Part shown: positions 18,780-28,891 of the stretch, piece after piece | How the letters are laid out: each line of letters starts with the position of its first letter | How positions within the stretch are numbered: position 1 is the first letter of the stretch | DNA from: a virus | Lineage: Duplodnaviria > Caudoviricetes | DNA length: 64,000 nucleotides | Virus record (IMG/VR): IMGVR_UViG_3300042197_001060 | Coordinates: 7,157-71,156 of that record | Direction: 5' to 3' (one strand) | The notes under the pieces: generated by a model | Database searches by the model: none | The model's input: the letters and a program-made list of their open reading frames with translations, nothing else | Told to the model about the DNA's origin: nothing | Program-made: the position numbers and the translations under genes

Positions 18780-19320
18780 CGGGTATTCCATTTTCTGCAT
18801 ACCAATTTTTTACGTTACGTTCTCCTACTAATAGGAAAAAACAATTATAACAAAGTGGTCTAATATTATCCAATACCCTATTGTTTAAATTTCCATCCAA
18901 AAAATCAATTAAAAGAGGCATTTTACCATCTGTAATTCTTTCTTCACTAAATCCGCAACTGGAACATACCTTTGGAACATACCCACTATCAAATAATTTA
19001 TTTTTAAATTTATGTAATGGATATTTTAAATGTTTCCCAGCAATCAAATCATCTATGTGATATTTTTTATTTCGAATAGTTTTAGTTCGTTCTATTCCAA
19101 CTCCAAATGGATTTTTTAAATCTTCAAATATACCATATAATTTAGCATATTTTTTATATGTGTTGTAAGATACACCCAATACTCTAGCTGCTTCAAATGC
19201 CGATTTGGATTGAGCCTGTGCTGCTTTTATTTGAGATTCTAAAATTGGTTTTGCACCTAATCCTCTTTTTGTGATTCTAATTTCAAGATTCGGAAAAAAT
19301 CCTTCTATTTCATTTTCCAT
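18754..19320 (-). CDS. HTH plus zinc-binding HNH-like protein (probably nuclease-dead)
   Basis: AARVLGVSYNTYKKY helix-turn-helix; CSSCG...DFLDGNLNN...LCYNC. Confidence 0.65.
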   Translation of the reverse strand: MENEIEGFFPNLEIRITKRGLGAKPILESQIKAAQAQSKSAFEAARVLGVSYNTYKKYAKLYGIFEDLKNPFGVGIERTKTIRNKKYHIDDLIAGKHLKYPLHKFKNKLFDSGYVPKVCSSCGFSEERITDGKMPLLIDFLDGNLNNRVLDNIRPLCYNCFFLLVGERNVKNWYAENGIPDEEEDIQE

Positions 19321-19374
19321 ACTAATAACAATTAAATATATACATATAAGTATATCAAAAGTTATTTTTTAGAA

Positions 19375-19821
19375 TCATACAATATGTTTTATTAAATTTT
19401 TAAAAGTATCATCAACTGAATATGATGTATCTAAATTTATAAAAAATTCAATTGGTTTTTCGTAATCTAATGCGAAAAAATCCTCCCTACCTCTAATTTT
19501 TTTTGTGTGACAATAAATTTCTTGTACTTTACATTCAGATTTAAGTTGCTCTCTCATTTCTCTATATGGAGAAACTAAACTAATCACAACATCATTACCA
19601 GATTTATCCAAATATTTAGCAATATCAAATGCCTTTTGGATATTCTTTTCTCTGCCTTCTTTCGAATAATCTTTATTTGGGAATATTTCTCTTAACTGGT
19701 CACCATCTATGTGAAATACGGATTTACGCCAATTCTTTTTATCGGTTTGTAACCACATTTGTAACTTTTTAGCCAAAGTGGTTTTTCCACTTCCTGGTTG
19801 GCCTGTAAATAGATAAATCAT
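19375..19821 (-). CDS. cysC: adenylylsulfate (APS) kinase-like protein
   Basis: TGQPGSGKTT, IDGDQLR, YSKEGREKN, SLVSPY. Confidence 0.8.
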   Translation of the reverse strand: MIYLFTGQPGSGKTTLAKKLQMWLQTDKKNWRKSVFHIDGDQLREIFPNKDYSKEGREKNIQKAFDIAKYLDKSGNDVVISLVSPYREMREQLKSECKVQEIYCHTKKIRGREDFFALDYEKPIEFFINLDTSYSVDDTFKNLIKHIV

Positions 19822-20486
19822 AACTTATTATATAACAACGATTTTAGTTTGTTTACGTTTTCTTCTTTTGGAGCTGGAGGTGTTTCATGTTTAACGTGTC
19901 TAACCTTTAGTGCTATGTTTGGATATTTTTTAGATAATGATTGAACTGCTGATATGTTTTTATGTGAATCATCAATAAAAAATACATCAGTTACTCCATC
20001 TTTTATTTTACTCTCAATCCAATCTGCTTTTTTCTGTGGATTTGCATCTGCTAATGCAACTACATATATACCAGTTAATCCAATATCAGCCAAATATCGT
20101 TTGATTGGCATATATGCCCCTCTTGCAGTTAGTATTACAATTTCCGAACCACCAACTCTTACGATGTTTTTAAGTAATCGTGTAACTCCTTTAATTTCCT
20201 GTGGTTGATTTACTTTATCAAAATCAGAAAAATCAAATTTATCACCTTTTTTTGGTTCATATACTGCGTATTCTCCAGGTGTTAATTTTGATTTTTTTCC
20301 GTTCTTATCTGTGATGTATATGTGTGAATTTGTTTGAACTAACGTATCATCAAAATCAAATACTCTTAACTTATCGGATTTAGCTTCACTTAAAGAATTG
20401 AATGTGAATGCGTTTAATCCGGAATATACTTTTCCGAACTCTACCTTCATTCCATTCCACATTGTGGATGTAAAATTATTAACCAT
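19818..20486 (-). CDS. HAD-superfamily phosphatase
   Basis: FDFDDTL, ILTARG, K, FIDDS. Confidence 0.8.
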   Translation of the reverse strand: MVNNFTSTMWNGMKVEFGKVYSGLNAFTFNSLSEAKSDKLRVFDFDDTLVQTNSHIYITDKNGKKSKLTPGEYAVYEPKKGDKFDFSDFDKVNQPQEIKGVTRLLKNIVRVGGSEIVILTARGAYMPIKRYLADIGLTGIYVVALADANPQKKADWIESKIKDGVTDVFFIDDSHKNISAVQSLSKKYPNIALKVRHVKHETPPAPKEENVNKLKSLLYNKL

Positions 20487-20796
20487 TTAAAACTTGTTTC
20501 TTTGGCTTTGGCACTGCCTTTTCTAACTTATCGTTTTCTTTAGTTAGGTATTCCACTTTAACACTCAATGCTGCCACCTCTTTTGTAAGTTCCAATACCA
20601 TATTACGAAGTTCATCTTTTTCTTTGGATGATTCTTGTAATAGTGTTTCTAATTTAGTGATGCGGTCTTTGCAATCGTGTTTAATAAATTCATCATCCCT
20701 CTCTTTACGCATTGCTCTTTTTTCATAGTATCTAAATGCGCTAGTTCCACCTAAAACGGTGATTGCTGTTATTATTACAGAGTATATATTTTCCAT
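20479..20796 (-). CDS. TM plus coiled-coil protein
   Basis: N-terminal hydrophobic helix followed by a heptad region. Confidence 0.65.
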   Translation of the reverse strand: MENIYSVIITAITVLGGTSAFRYYEKRAMRKERDDEFIKHDCKDRITKLETLLQESSKEKDELRNMVLELTKEVAALSVKVEYLTKENDKLEKAVPKPKKQVLNG

Positions 20797-21170
20797 TATT
20801 CTCCGTCTAATTTATGGAAGCCAGTATTGGCTTGGTTAATGAATTGCATTGCCTGTGAAATGTGGTCTTGTATCCAACCTGGAAGATTCATTTCTTTAGT
20901 TCCTATCTTGCCTTTGAGTTCATTGGCGTTTTTTATTATATCTTCCAATTGACCCATAGCCATGCCTACTTCGTGGTCACCGCCTGAATCGGCTTCGTTA
21001 AGTTTATGTTTAAGTAATTCTGTCATTTTATTAAACACCTGCTCCCCACCATCTTCTCCTAAACGATACGCTCCTCCCATCTTCTCATACACTTTGATTT
21101 TATGAGACATTGGAATATTTTTTTCATTTACAGCTTTCCAAGCTTTTGGATTGGTTACTTCAAATTTCAT
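20796..21170 (-). CDS. hypothetical protein (putative virion protein)
   Basis: KLNEA site followed by DHEVGMA...LPGWIQDHI; preceded by the ATATTTATA motif. Confidence 0.6.
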   Translation of the reverse strand: MKFEVTNPKAWKAVNEKNIPMSHKIKVYEKMGGAYRLGEDGGEQVFNKMTELLKHKLNEADSGGDHEVGMAMGQLEDIIKNANELKGKIGTKEMNLPGWIQDHISQAMQFINQANTGFHKLDGE

Positions 21171-21194
21171 ATTATATTTAATTGTATATACTGA

Positions 21195-21203
21195 TATAAA
21201 TAT
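21195..21203 (-). promoter_or_regulatory. ATATTTATA motif, candidate late promoter
   Basis: Exact copy, 25 nt upstream of the ATG at 21170. Confidence 0.5.
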
Positions 21204-21217
21204 AAATTTTTATTTAA

Positions 21218-21910
21218 TTAACCTTTTTTAACAGATACAAAACTTAAAAAAGCGTACCTGCCGTACCCACCAACTACTTCTTTAACCTCATGATATGGAT
21301 TATGTTTTGTAAAATCTAAAACTGCTACATTTCCAAATAGTGGTGTAATCGTATCATTACCATTAAGTAGTAAATTACCACCCCATTCTGGGTTATAATC
21401 GGAATCGTTTAAATAAATTAATACAACGCATATTCTACCATCAACATACCCATCTTTATGTTTTTTTAAAAAACAACCAGAATCATAATATGTTACAGAA
21501 GAATTATTATCCAATTCACCATCAATATCATATAATTTTTTTACTATCTTATCTGCTAATCTTTTAAAATCATCATTTATATCTGCTTTATCGAAATAAT
21601 ACCATTTTTGAAAAGAAGTGGCGGACGGGGATAAATCCATTTTGGATGAAATTTCATCCATAGTGAGTTTGGCGTTTTCCCAATTTGTGTAATTTTTCTG
21701 TATTTGAATTCTTCCACTATTAAATTCCGATTTAAATTCATCTTTAGAAACTCCATCTACACGAATTCCTGTAATTTTATTTTTTAAATTTTTTGTTTCA
21801 TTGCAAATATATCTTGAATAATGTTCTAAATCTTCCGAAAAAATATCGTAATCTTTCATATTAAAATATGTGTATCCTTTTTCTTGTAGTTGTTGTTTAA
21901 GTAATTCCAT
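21218..21910 (-). CDS. 2OG-Fe(II) oxygenase (prolyl-hydroxylase-like)
   Basis: HKD...YLN...WGGNL...H.V...R. Confidence 0.8.
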   Translation of the reverse strand: MELLKQQLQEKGYTYFNMKDYDIFSEDLEHYSRYICNETKNLKNKITGIRVDGVSKDEFKSEFNSGRIQIQKNYTNWENAKLTMDEISSKMDLSPSATSFQKWYYFDKADINDDFKRLADKIVKKLYDIDGELDNNSSVTYYDSGCFLKKHKDGYVDGRICVVLIYLNDSDYNPEWGGNLLLNGNDTITPLFGNVAVLDFTKHNPYHEVKEVVGGYGRYAFLSFVSVKKG

Positions 21911-21911
21911 T

Positions 21912-22814
21912 TTAATTTATTTTATTTAATTCTTTCTGAAATACATTATATGATTTTTGTTTAAATTCTTCTTTTCTATCAATTCGTTTTATTATAGAAT
22001 CATAATGAGTTCTATTTCTATAAATATAGTTTTCACAAACAATAAAATTTTTTAATTTGAATTGATGTATGTTTGCACCTGTTTGATTTAATTTTTCAAT
22101 ACCCCACATTAAAAATGTATCATCTGGCCCGTATGCTCCCATCGATTCCGGCAATGGTATTCTATCTAATAGGGATTTTGATAAAAGGGTAAACCACCCA
22201 GCTCCAAATTTTGTTCTAGGTTGACCTGGTACATTATTAAAAACGGTTTCCAATCCAACATCACCCACTTCACCACAATCTACAAACGGATTGTTTGTTT
22301 TACAATAATCCAATGGTTTATTTAAATAATTAGAATTAACTAAACAATCCCAAGTCGTATCCCAATACTTAACAATTTCTGGTGTAATAAAATATTTATC
22401 AATATGTTTATCGGTTTCATTTAATCTATCAATACTTGCTTCCATATAATACAATATTTTATCATCAAAACAAATATCTGTATCTAACCAAATAAAATGA
22501 GTTGCATCGGTAATTTCTTTATGTGCATATCTTTTACATTGAAATGCTCCCATAACTTCTTCTCTAATTTGCATTACAGAACTACCCGCCCAATCGGTTA
22601 ATGGTTTTAGTGAATTAAATCTATCTATAAAAAATTGCTTATCTACTTTAGAATTTTCCCAATCAAATAGATAATCCGAAACTGAAAATGAAATATAAAA
22701 TTCATAATTATCACCATCTATATGTTTAGATGCTTTATTCAAGTCGATTAATACTCTTTCTAAATCATCCAACTCATGTGGCATTACGAATGATGTAATA
22801 ACTATTTTTTTCAT
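21912..22814 (-). CDS. putative GT-A glycosyltransferase
   Basis: FIWLDTD DxD motif, GAGWFTLLS, YGPDDT. Confidence 0.6.
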   Translation of the reverse strand: MKKIVITSFVMPHELDDLERVLIDLNKASKHIDGDNYEFYISFSVSDYLFDWENSKVDKQFFIDRFNSLKPLTDWAGSSVMQIREEVMGAFQCKRYAHKEITDATHFIWLDTDICFDDKILYYMEASIDRLNETDKHIDKYFITPEIVKYWDTTWDCLVNSNYLNKPLDYCKTNNPFVDCGEVGDVGLETVFNNVPGQPRTKFGAGWFTLLSKSLLDRIPLPESMGAYGPDDTFLMWGIEKLNQTGANIHQFKLKNFIVCENYIYRNRTHYDSIIKRIDRKEEFKQKSYNVFQKELNKIN

Positions 22815-23602
22815 TTATATTTGTTTTCTATTAACTTTTTAAGTTCTTCATTTCTATCGTATTGATGAACTAAAGTAAATAATTCACCTTTTGAATTCTT
22901 TACCTCATCACCATCTATTGTTACGAATTCTTCGGTATATGGTAGATTACTACCTTTCTTTAATTTCAAATGCAATTGAGCAGCAAACCCTTCTTGTTGT
23001 TTTACAAATTGAACTATATCTTTAAATTGATGTAGATGTATAAGAATATTATATGCTGCCTGGTCTGCTAGTTGTTGTGGATTTGATGTTGTTAAACTCC
23101 ATCTGTAAATATCTATGAACAAATCTCTAATAGCTTCTTTCTTACCAACGATAGTTCCTGCACAATGAATTTCTTTAGTTTGTAACCATTCCCATTCCAT
23201 AGGAAATGATGTACCTGCATTTAATCTTGCCCATTCCTCATCTCCAAATCTCAAAGATTCACTAAATGCGAGAATATCTTTATTCATATTCGCATTTAAC
23301 CATTCCGTTGGGTCCTTCTGAAATACTATATCCTTAACATCTACCCAAATAACTACATCTGTTTCATATTGATGTAAGACTTGGTACATATCTCTGAATC
23401 TTTGTAATATAATGTGTTGTTGTGGTTCTGATTGTATTAGTGCCCAACCTTTACTATTAAGATATTCAATTGTATCTTGAGTAATTTCATAAACCAACAT
23501 TAATTTATCCCCACTAAATCCACTACGTTCAATTGATTCAACAAATGGTCTAATTTGTTCTACTCCGTATTTTGTTATGCAACCTATTATTGTATATTTC
23601 AT
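22811..23602 (-). CDS. putative glycosyltransferase
   Basis: DVKDIVFQKDP, CAGTIVG, DQAAYN, VHQYDR. Confidence 0.65.
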   Translation of the reverse strand: MKYTIIGCITKYGVEQIRPFVESIERSGFSGDKLMLVYEITQDTIEYLNSKGWALIQSEPQQHIILQRFRDMYQVLHQYETDVVIWVDVKDIVFQKDPTEWLNANMNKDILAFSESLRFGDEEWARLNAGTSFPMEWEWLQTKEIHCAGTIVGKKEAIRDLFIDIYRWSLTTSNPQQLADQAAYNILIHLHQFKDIVQFVKQQEGFAAQLHLKLKKGSNLPYTEEFVTIDGDEVKNSKGELFTLVHQYDRNEELKKLIENKYK

Positions 23603-23629
23603 CCTATTTTATATTTAATTATATATGAT

Positions 23630-24370
23630 TTATCTTCCATATTTTTGCCAATCATTGTGCATGAATAATCCTTCATTATGACCAACTTTAAATGTAGATT
23701 CAGCCCACCATTTTGCTATATTACCTTCCAATGCGATACCATCTCCTGCAAATTTATTTACTACATCTAAATAAAATTGTTTTTTATATAAGCAAGGATT
23801 ATTTGTCCAATTACCATATCGAGAAGTTGTCCAAAACATATCCTCTGATTTTTTAATTTGTTCTGGAAACTCAATATGTGGTTCACACCAATGTAAAGAA
23901 TCCAATAAATGTGGAGACGTACATTGCGAGTTATCATCATAATATGTTAATTCCTGTCCTTGATACCTAAATGAAAAATGTGGATAACCTGGATTCTTTC
24001 TATGTCTTAAACGAACAACATCCATCCCCATTTCAATTGCCTGATAACTTTTCTTTAATGTGTTATATGTGGTTTCCCTATTTTCAATTAAATTCCAATC
24101 ATGCTCCAACACCAATACATAATCTGATTGTGCGTTTTGAGTTAGTTTAATAAACCCCTGTCCTATACCTATGTTTTGATTTAATCCTATACAATCTAAT
24201 CCAAAATGTTTAGTTATTTGATAATCTTGCTCATTGAATTCCTGAAATAAAATAGTCGTATCAGTTACCATATCAAACAATCCGTTATTATGGTATGTGG
24301 TTAAGGTATCTACTAATACTTGCCCACTATTCCAAGAAAGTATTCCTATACTGATTGGGAGTTTTTCCAT
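23630..24370 (-). CDS. putative GT2-like glycosyltransferase
   Basis: SIGILSW, NIGIG, VLVLEHDW, WTNNP. Confidence 0.65.
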   Translation of the reverse strand: MEKLPISIGILSWNSGQVLVDTLTTYHNNGLFDMVTDTTILFQEFNEQDYQITKHFGLDCIGLNQNIGIGQGFIKLTQNAQSDYVLVLEHDWNLIENRETTYNTLKKSYQAIEMGMDVVRLRHRKNPGYPHFSFRYQGQELTYYDDNSQCTSPHLLDSLHWCEPHIEFPEQIKKSEDMFWTTSRYGNWTNNPCLYKKQFYLDVVNKFAGDGIALEGNIAKWWAESTFKVGHNEGLFMHNDWQKYGR

Positions 24371-24373
24371 AAT

Positions 24374-24490
24374 TTATTTTTTAATATAACTGGTCCACTT
24401 TGTTACATCTGTAAAATTTATATTTTCAGACATTGTTTGTTGCAATAATATGTTGAGCATCATTGCATTAAAATTTGATTCTTTAAGCAT
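24374..24490 (-). CDS. small hypothetical protein (38 aa)
   Basis: Manual translation MLKESNFNAMMLNILLQQTMSENINFTDVTKWTSYIKK; fills the gap. Confidence 0.4.
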   Translation of the reverse strand: MLKESNFNAMMLNILLQQTMSENINFTDVTKWTSYIKK

Positions 24491-25115
24491 TGTTTAAGTG
24501 TTTTATAAAATTATTGTAATCTTCTTTTTTTCTTTCATCCCAAATCGGTTCATCGGATGTTGTACTCATTTCGGTTTCTATATTAAAATTTTTCATCGTA
24601 GATTTAGTAGAAGTATTACATTTAAAAATATAATCATCACCATACCAAATTTTTATATCATCAGGTATGTCCATCCAATTTTGCTTATCAAACATTATAA
24701 GACATCCCCATCCCCAATCTCTAATTTTACCATTCCACTTTTCTAAAATGGGTTCGTCTGTATTATTTCCTTTATAATTGTATTCGGATTGACCAATGAT
24801 GCCATATTCTAATAAAATATCATTTGTTATGACACCAAATATATTTGGATTAAAGTTTATATCATCATTTACTAACGCAATAGAATTATTTTTAGCAAGT
24901 TTAACTCCTAAATTCCATGCGGGGTTTACATAAATGTTTTCACCAGTCTGAACTAATTTTACTTTATCCAATGCTTCAAAGTATTCAAAGAATTTACCAC
25001 CGTTATCTATTAAAATAATTTCATCTACAAATTCGCATTTTATTAAGTCAAATAGCAATGTGTGAATTCTATTTGATTTCCAAAGTGTTGGTATTATTAC
25101 GCTATATTTAATCAT
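24483..25115 (-). CDS. GT2 glycosyltransferase
   Basis: YSVIIPT, IILIDN, AWNLG, VNDD, YGDD. Confidence 0.8.
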   Translation of the reverse strand: MIKYSVIIPTLWKSNRIHTLLFDLIKCEFVDEIILIDNGGKFFEYFEALDKVKLVQTGENIYVNPAWNLGVKLAKNNSIALVNDDINFNPNIFGVITNDILLEYGIIGQSEYNYKGNNTDEPILEKWNGKIRDWGWGCLIMFDKQNWMDIPDDIKIWYGDDYIFKCNTSTKSTMKNFNIETEMSTTSDEPIWDERKKEDYNNFIKHLNNA

Positions 25116-25866
25116 GATTAATAATAGATGGGTTGATATGGTCTGTATATATTTTCATAAAATTGTCAAACATTTCTTGACCCAAACTTTGACTTGTTAA
25201 TATTTGTTTCCACATTACAGGAGAATATGTATTAAAATTAAAATTAGCAGAACAGATTGTTACGTGTGATTTATCTTGTTTTACTTTATTTCCAGGATAA
25301 CTTTCTACTGCAAATCTATTTTTTTCCATCACATCCCAATTTTCAATGGATAGTAATTTTTCGGTATTAAACCAAAAAAATGTTCCACTATAATGCCAAT
25401 CACTTGGAACCCATGGTGGACATGGTGTTGTAATTTGCATTATACCACTAAAAATTTTATCATTAGATAGTTGGTCTTGTATTGTTAAAAGATAAGTTGG
25501 CTCTAAATTAAAAAAATACATAGAAAACAACCACAATTTAATTACATCGGATTCTGGCCTATTTGAGCCACCTTTATTGTGCGCAAAAAATGTAATAGAA
25601 TTGGTATCTTTTATTTCTTTTATAGATTCTATAAAATATTCCGATTCTCTATTTTCTTTATTATTTTGTAAAACTTCTACATCAAATCCCTGAAACATAT
25701 CCACTAAATTTGAGTAATCTTTTGTTAAATCATCTAATGCTATTTTTATTATTTTTTGACCATTAAATAAATTACAGTATCTATTTAATAATTTCAAATT
25801 TAATTGAGTAAATTCATTTATTTCACCATTTTCAAAGTAACAATAGTATATTAAATTTCTTTTCAT
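25108..25866 (-). CDS. hypothetical protein, HxKG...YSGxFxW family
   Basis: FAHNKG, WHYSGTFFW, RFAVE; paralog of 28262..28891. Confidence 0.6.
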   Translation of the reverse strand: MKRNLIYYCYFENGEINEFTQLNLKLLNRYCNLFNGQKIIKIALDDLTKDYSNLVDMFQGFDVEVLQNNKENRESEYFIESIKEIKDTNSITFFAHNKGGSNRPESDVIKLWLFSMYFFNLEPTYLLTIQDQLSNDKIFSGIMQITTPCPPWVPSDWHYSGTFFWFNTEKLLSIENWDVMEKNRFAVESYPGNKVKQDKSHVTICSANFNFNTYSPVMWKQILTSQSLGQEMFDNFMKIYTDHINPSIINHD

Positions 25867-25867
25867 T

Positions 25868-26428
25868 TTATATTTTTATTATTTCAATTATTATATCGTC
25901 GTATCTATTTTTAAATTCTCTTAAATCAAATACCTTATAATCGTAATTTAAATCATTAATTGCAATAATAAGTAAATTTAAATTTGTTAAAGATTGTATA
26001 TCTTCTATTATTAATTTTCCACCTTTTTTTAATTTTTTATACCAATTATTTACTGAATATAATTGACTTTCTAATGTGTGAGGTCCGTCATCAATTATGT
26101 AGTCCAATGTATTATCTTCGAATTTATTTAAAACATTATGTGAAAACGCATTGTCATAAATAGCTTCCACATTTGGAATATTACTTACAAAAGTTTTATC
26201 AATATCTAACATTTCTTGTCCATTATCTATTCCAATTATTTTAGAATTTACAAACCAATTACTTAATAGATTTAATGAATCACCTCTTCTGATACCAATT
26301 TCTATTATATTCAATACATCATTTCTTTTAGATGTAAATTCCTTTGAATAATATCCATCTATGTAATCATGTAGTGTACCTTTATCACTCTTTGGTTCTA
26401 TTGTTCTATAAAATTCTGCAAATTTCAT
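25868..26428 (-). CDS. class I SAM-dependent methyltransferase
   Basis: SDKGTLHDY, IEIGI..G.S, GIDN, IIDDGPH, GGKLIIED. Start trimmed to MKFAE. Confidence 0.8.
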   Translation of the reverse strand: MKFAEFYRTIEPKSDKGTLHDYIDGYYSKEFTSKRNDVLNIIEIGIRRGDSLNLLSNWFVNSKIIGIDNGQEMLDIDKTFVSNIPNVEAIYDNAFSHNVLNKFEDNTLDYIIDDGPHTLESQLYSVNNWYKKLKKGGKLIIEDIQSLTNLNLLIIAINDLNYDYKVFDLREFKNRYDDIIIEIIKI

Positions 26429-26432
26429 ATTT

Positions 26433-27425
26433 TTAATTTTTCCAAAATGAATAAATACCTTTGTCAAGTTCATACGATGGCCAAACAAATCTATCTCTTT
26501 TAGGTTGATGTGATGCCCAAACCCACATATCCCACAATCCTTCATCTAAAGAAGTTTTATGTTCAAATCCTAATATATCAATTGATTTTTGGAATGTTGG
26601 TATTGAGTTTTTAACTTCATGTCTACCCTCTTTATAAACAACTTCACCACTACCTATAATTACTCTTAATAACGAATTGGCTTTATTTATACTCCATTCC
26701 TCAATGCCACCCAAATTAATAATTTGTTTAGATGCTTCGGGTCTAATTGCCGAGTTCCATAACGGTTCTACAATATCATCTACACAACTGAATGCTCTAG
26801 TTTGTTCACCATCTCCAAATATCGTCATTGGTTCTCCGTTCAAATGCTGATACATCCAAATACCCAATACGTTACGATACTTATCCCAAATGTTTTGATT
26901 GATACCATACACATTATGTGGTCTAATAATACACCAATCTAAACCATGTTGTTCTCCTGCGATTTGTATATCCATCTCACACCCATATTTTGCAACTCCA
27001 TACGGGTCGATTGGTTTAGGTGTGTGTATTTCATCAAATAATCCACCTTCTCCATAACCATATACTGCGAGGGTTGAAGTGAATACCAATCGTTTAACAT
27101 TGTGTTTAATACATTGATTAACTACTCTTGCAGTTGCAACTAAATTGTTTTCGTAATTATATTGTCTGATAAATGGTGATAATCCTTCTGCTGCGTATGC
27201 TGCAAAATGAAATACATAATCAAATTTGTGAATTTCAAAACAATTTTCAATTGGGTGTGTTACCAAATTCATTTGCCAAAATTCTACGGTTGGGTTTACA
27301 TTTTCTCTGTATCCACCACTTAAATCATCAATTCCAACTATATGAACTTCTGGATGTTTTTCGGTTAACCAATCTGCTAATCTACTACCTAATAGCCCCG
27401 CTACTCCCGTTATTAAAACTTTCAT
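26433..27425 (-). CDS. NAD-dependent nucleotide-sugar epimerase/dehydratase
   Basis: ITGVAGLLG, HFAA, YGVAK (YxxxK), RPHNVYG. Confidence 0.9.
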   Translation of the reverse strand: MKVLITGVAGLLGSRLADWLTEKHPEVHIVGIDDLSGGYRENVNPTVEFWQMNLVTHPIENCFEIHKFDYVFHFAAYAAEGLSPFIRQYNYENNLVATARVVNQCIKHNVKRLVFTSTLAVYGYGEGGLFDEIHTPKPIDPYGVAKYGCEMDIQIAGEQHGLDWCIIRPHNVYGINQNIWDKYRNVLGIWMYQHLNGEPMTIFGDGEQTRAFSCVDDIVEPLWNSAIRPEASKQIINLGGIEEWSINKANSLLRVIIGSGEVVYKEGRHEVKNSIPTFQKSIDILGFEHKTSLDEGLWDMWVWASHQPKRDRFVWPSYELDKGIYSFWKN

Positions 27426-28272
27426 AATTTTCTATTAATTTATTTACTACTTGAATTTGTGTATAATTATGCAACACTTTCATCATTCCGTTATGTGCAA
27501 TTCTTTCTCTTTCCTCTTCGTTTTCATTGTAATAGTTCATCTTCTCTATACAATCGAACATCTCATCGTAATATACAATATCTTCTCCTTCTACAAACAT
27601 TTCGGATAAACCAGTTTCATCTGGCAATCTATCGGTTAATACCATTTTACCACAAGCCATTCCTTCGAAGATTCTACGGGTAATTTCTTTCCATCTACTA
27701 TTCTGAATAACCATTAAACCAGTATTCAAAAATTCCGTATGTTCTTTAGGTCCTAATCCATTTCTATTACCAACTGCTCCCTCTGCCCAATTTGTAAGAT
27801 AATCTAAAAATTGGGAATTTCCAAGTCCTCGTGTAGTAACCGCAACATATTGTGGTTCTAAATTCATTGGAAACTGAACTTTAGTATCTGCGAAATGATT
27901 TATCCATTCGGCATTTATACCTCTGTTTCTATATTCTTGTGCAGATTGTTTATCGGGTGTGATTGTGTAATGGAAACGATTTGCTTTAGGATAATTTCTT
28001 TCAAAGTTTTGTGGGTCATCACCACTTTCTTGTATCCAAAATGCAGGAACTAAATCCTTATTAAGATATTGTGAATCAAATCTACCCCAATCCATAAACA
28101 ATACGATATCTGTTTGTGGTTTGGAATCTACCCAATTCTTTAAGTCATTATCATTTGTTTTGATTATTTGGGGTTCCCATCCTCTTTCTTTAAATTCATT
28201 TACTAATGCCAATGGAGTAGACCATACTTCCCCATCTCTATAATCGTATATGAATGTTATTTTATTTCGCAT
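27385..28272 (-). CDS. glycosyltransferase (CgeB/GT-B-like)
   Basis: RRIFEGMACG..VLTD...ERIAHNG...HNY. Confidence 0.75.
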   Translation of the reverse strand: MRNKITFIYDYRDGEVWSTPLALVNEFKERGWEPQIIKTNDNDLKNWVDSKPQTDIVLFMDWGRFDSQYLNKDLVPAFWIQESGDDPQNFERNYPKANRFHYTITPDKQSAQEYRNRGINAEWINHFADTKVQFPMNLEPQYVAVTTRGLGNSQFLDYLTNWAEGAVGNRNGLGPKEHTEFLNTGLMVIQNSRWKEITRRIFEGMACGKMVLTDRLPDETGLSEMFVEGEDIVYYDEMFDCIEKMNYYNENEEERERIAHNGMMKVLHNYTQIQVVNKLIENYESFNNGSSGAIR

Positions 28273-28891
28273 ATTCTTCTCTTTTAAATAAAACCTGATA
28301 ATGATTAGTTACTTCTAAATTATATGGTGAATATGGTTTCCAATTTACACCATTTTGAATATAATCGGTTTCTGCTGAAAATCTATTCCTTTTTATATTT
28401 TTTAAGTCTATTGTTTTTGCGTAGTCCGCTTTCATCCACCAAAAGTTACCAGAATATATTGTCCATTTTCCAGCATTACCAAGTAAGACACCGTATGTAT
28501 TAAAATCAGTTTTTTCAAATAATTTAAAAACATTTCTGGTTTTTTCTATATTAAAATAATTCATAAGATGTCTCCAAGATGCAACATTTGTGTTTCCTTG
28601 TTTGGATGCACCTTTAGTATGAAAATACAAAATATAATCCGAATCTGCAAATTTTTCTACATCTTTTTGTATTAATTCCAATGTAACAAATTCATTACCT
28701 CTCGCTCTGACATCCCTTACATTTTTAAATTTAGTCAACAGATGGTATATTGATTTATTTTCTTCTGCAAGAGAAATCCCTATATTTAAAATATAGGGAA
28801 AATCAAAATGTTTTTTTAATAAAGAAATCTGTTCTTCCACTATTGATTCTACCCCGTCTATTGCATATATGTGATAATAGACGTGTACCAT
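28262..28891 (-). CDS. hypothetical protein, HxKG...YSGxFxW family
   Basis: YFHTKG, WRHLMNYF, YSGNFWW, RFSAE. Confidence 0.6.
   Translation of the reverse strand: MVHVYYHIYAIDGVESIVEEQISLLKKHFDFPYILNIGISLAEENKSIYHLLTKFKNVRDVRARGNEFVTLELIQKDVEKFADSDYILYFHTKGASKQGNTNVASWRHLMNYFNIEKTRNVFKLFEKTDFNTYGVLLGNAGKWTIYSGNFWWMKADYAKTIDLKNIKRNRFSAETDYIQNGVNWKPYSPYNLEVTNHYQVLFKREEYAK

Noticed and set aside
19818-20486. HAD protein as GmhB heptose-bisphosphate phosphatase
   Set aside because: The motif is FDFDDTL rather than the GmhB-type DRDG, and the RKP motif is absent.
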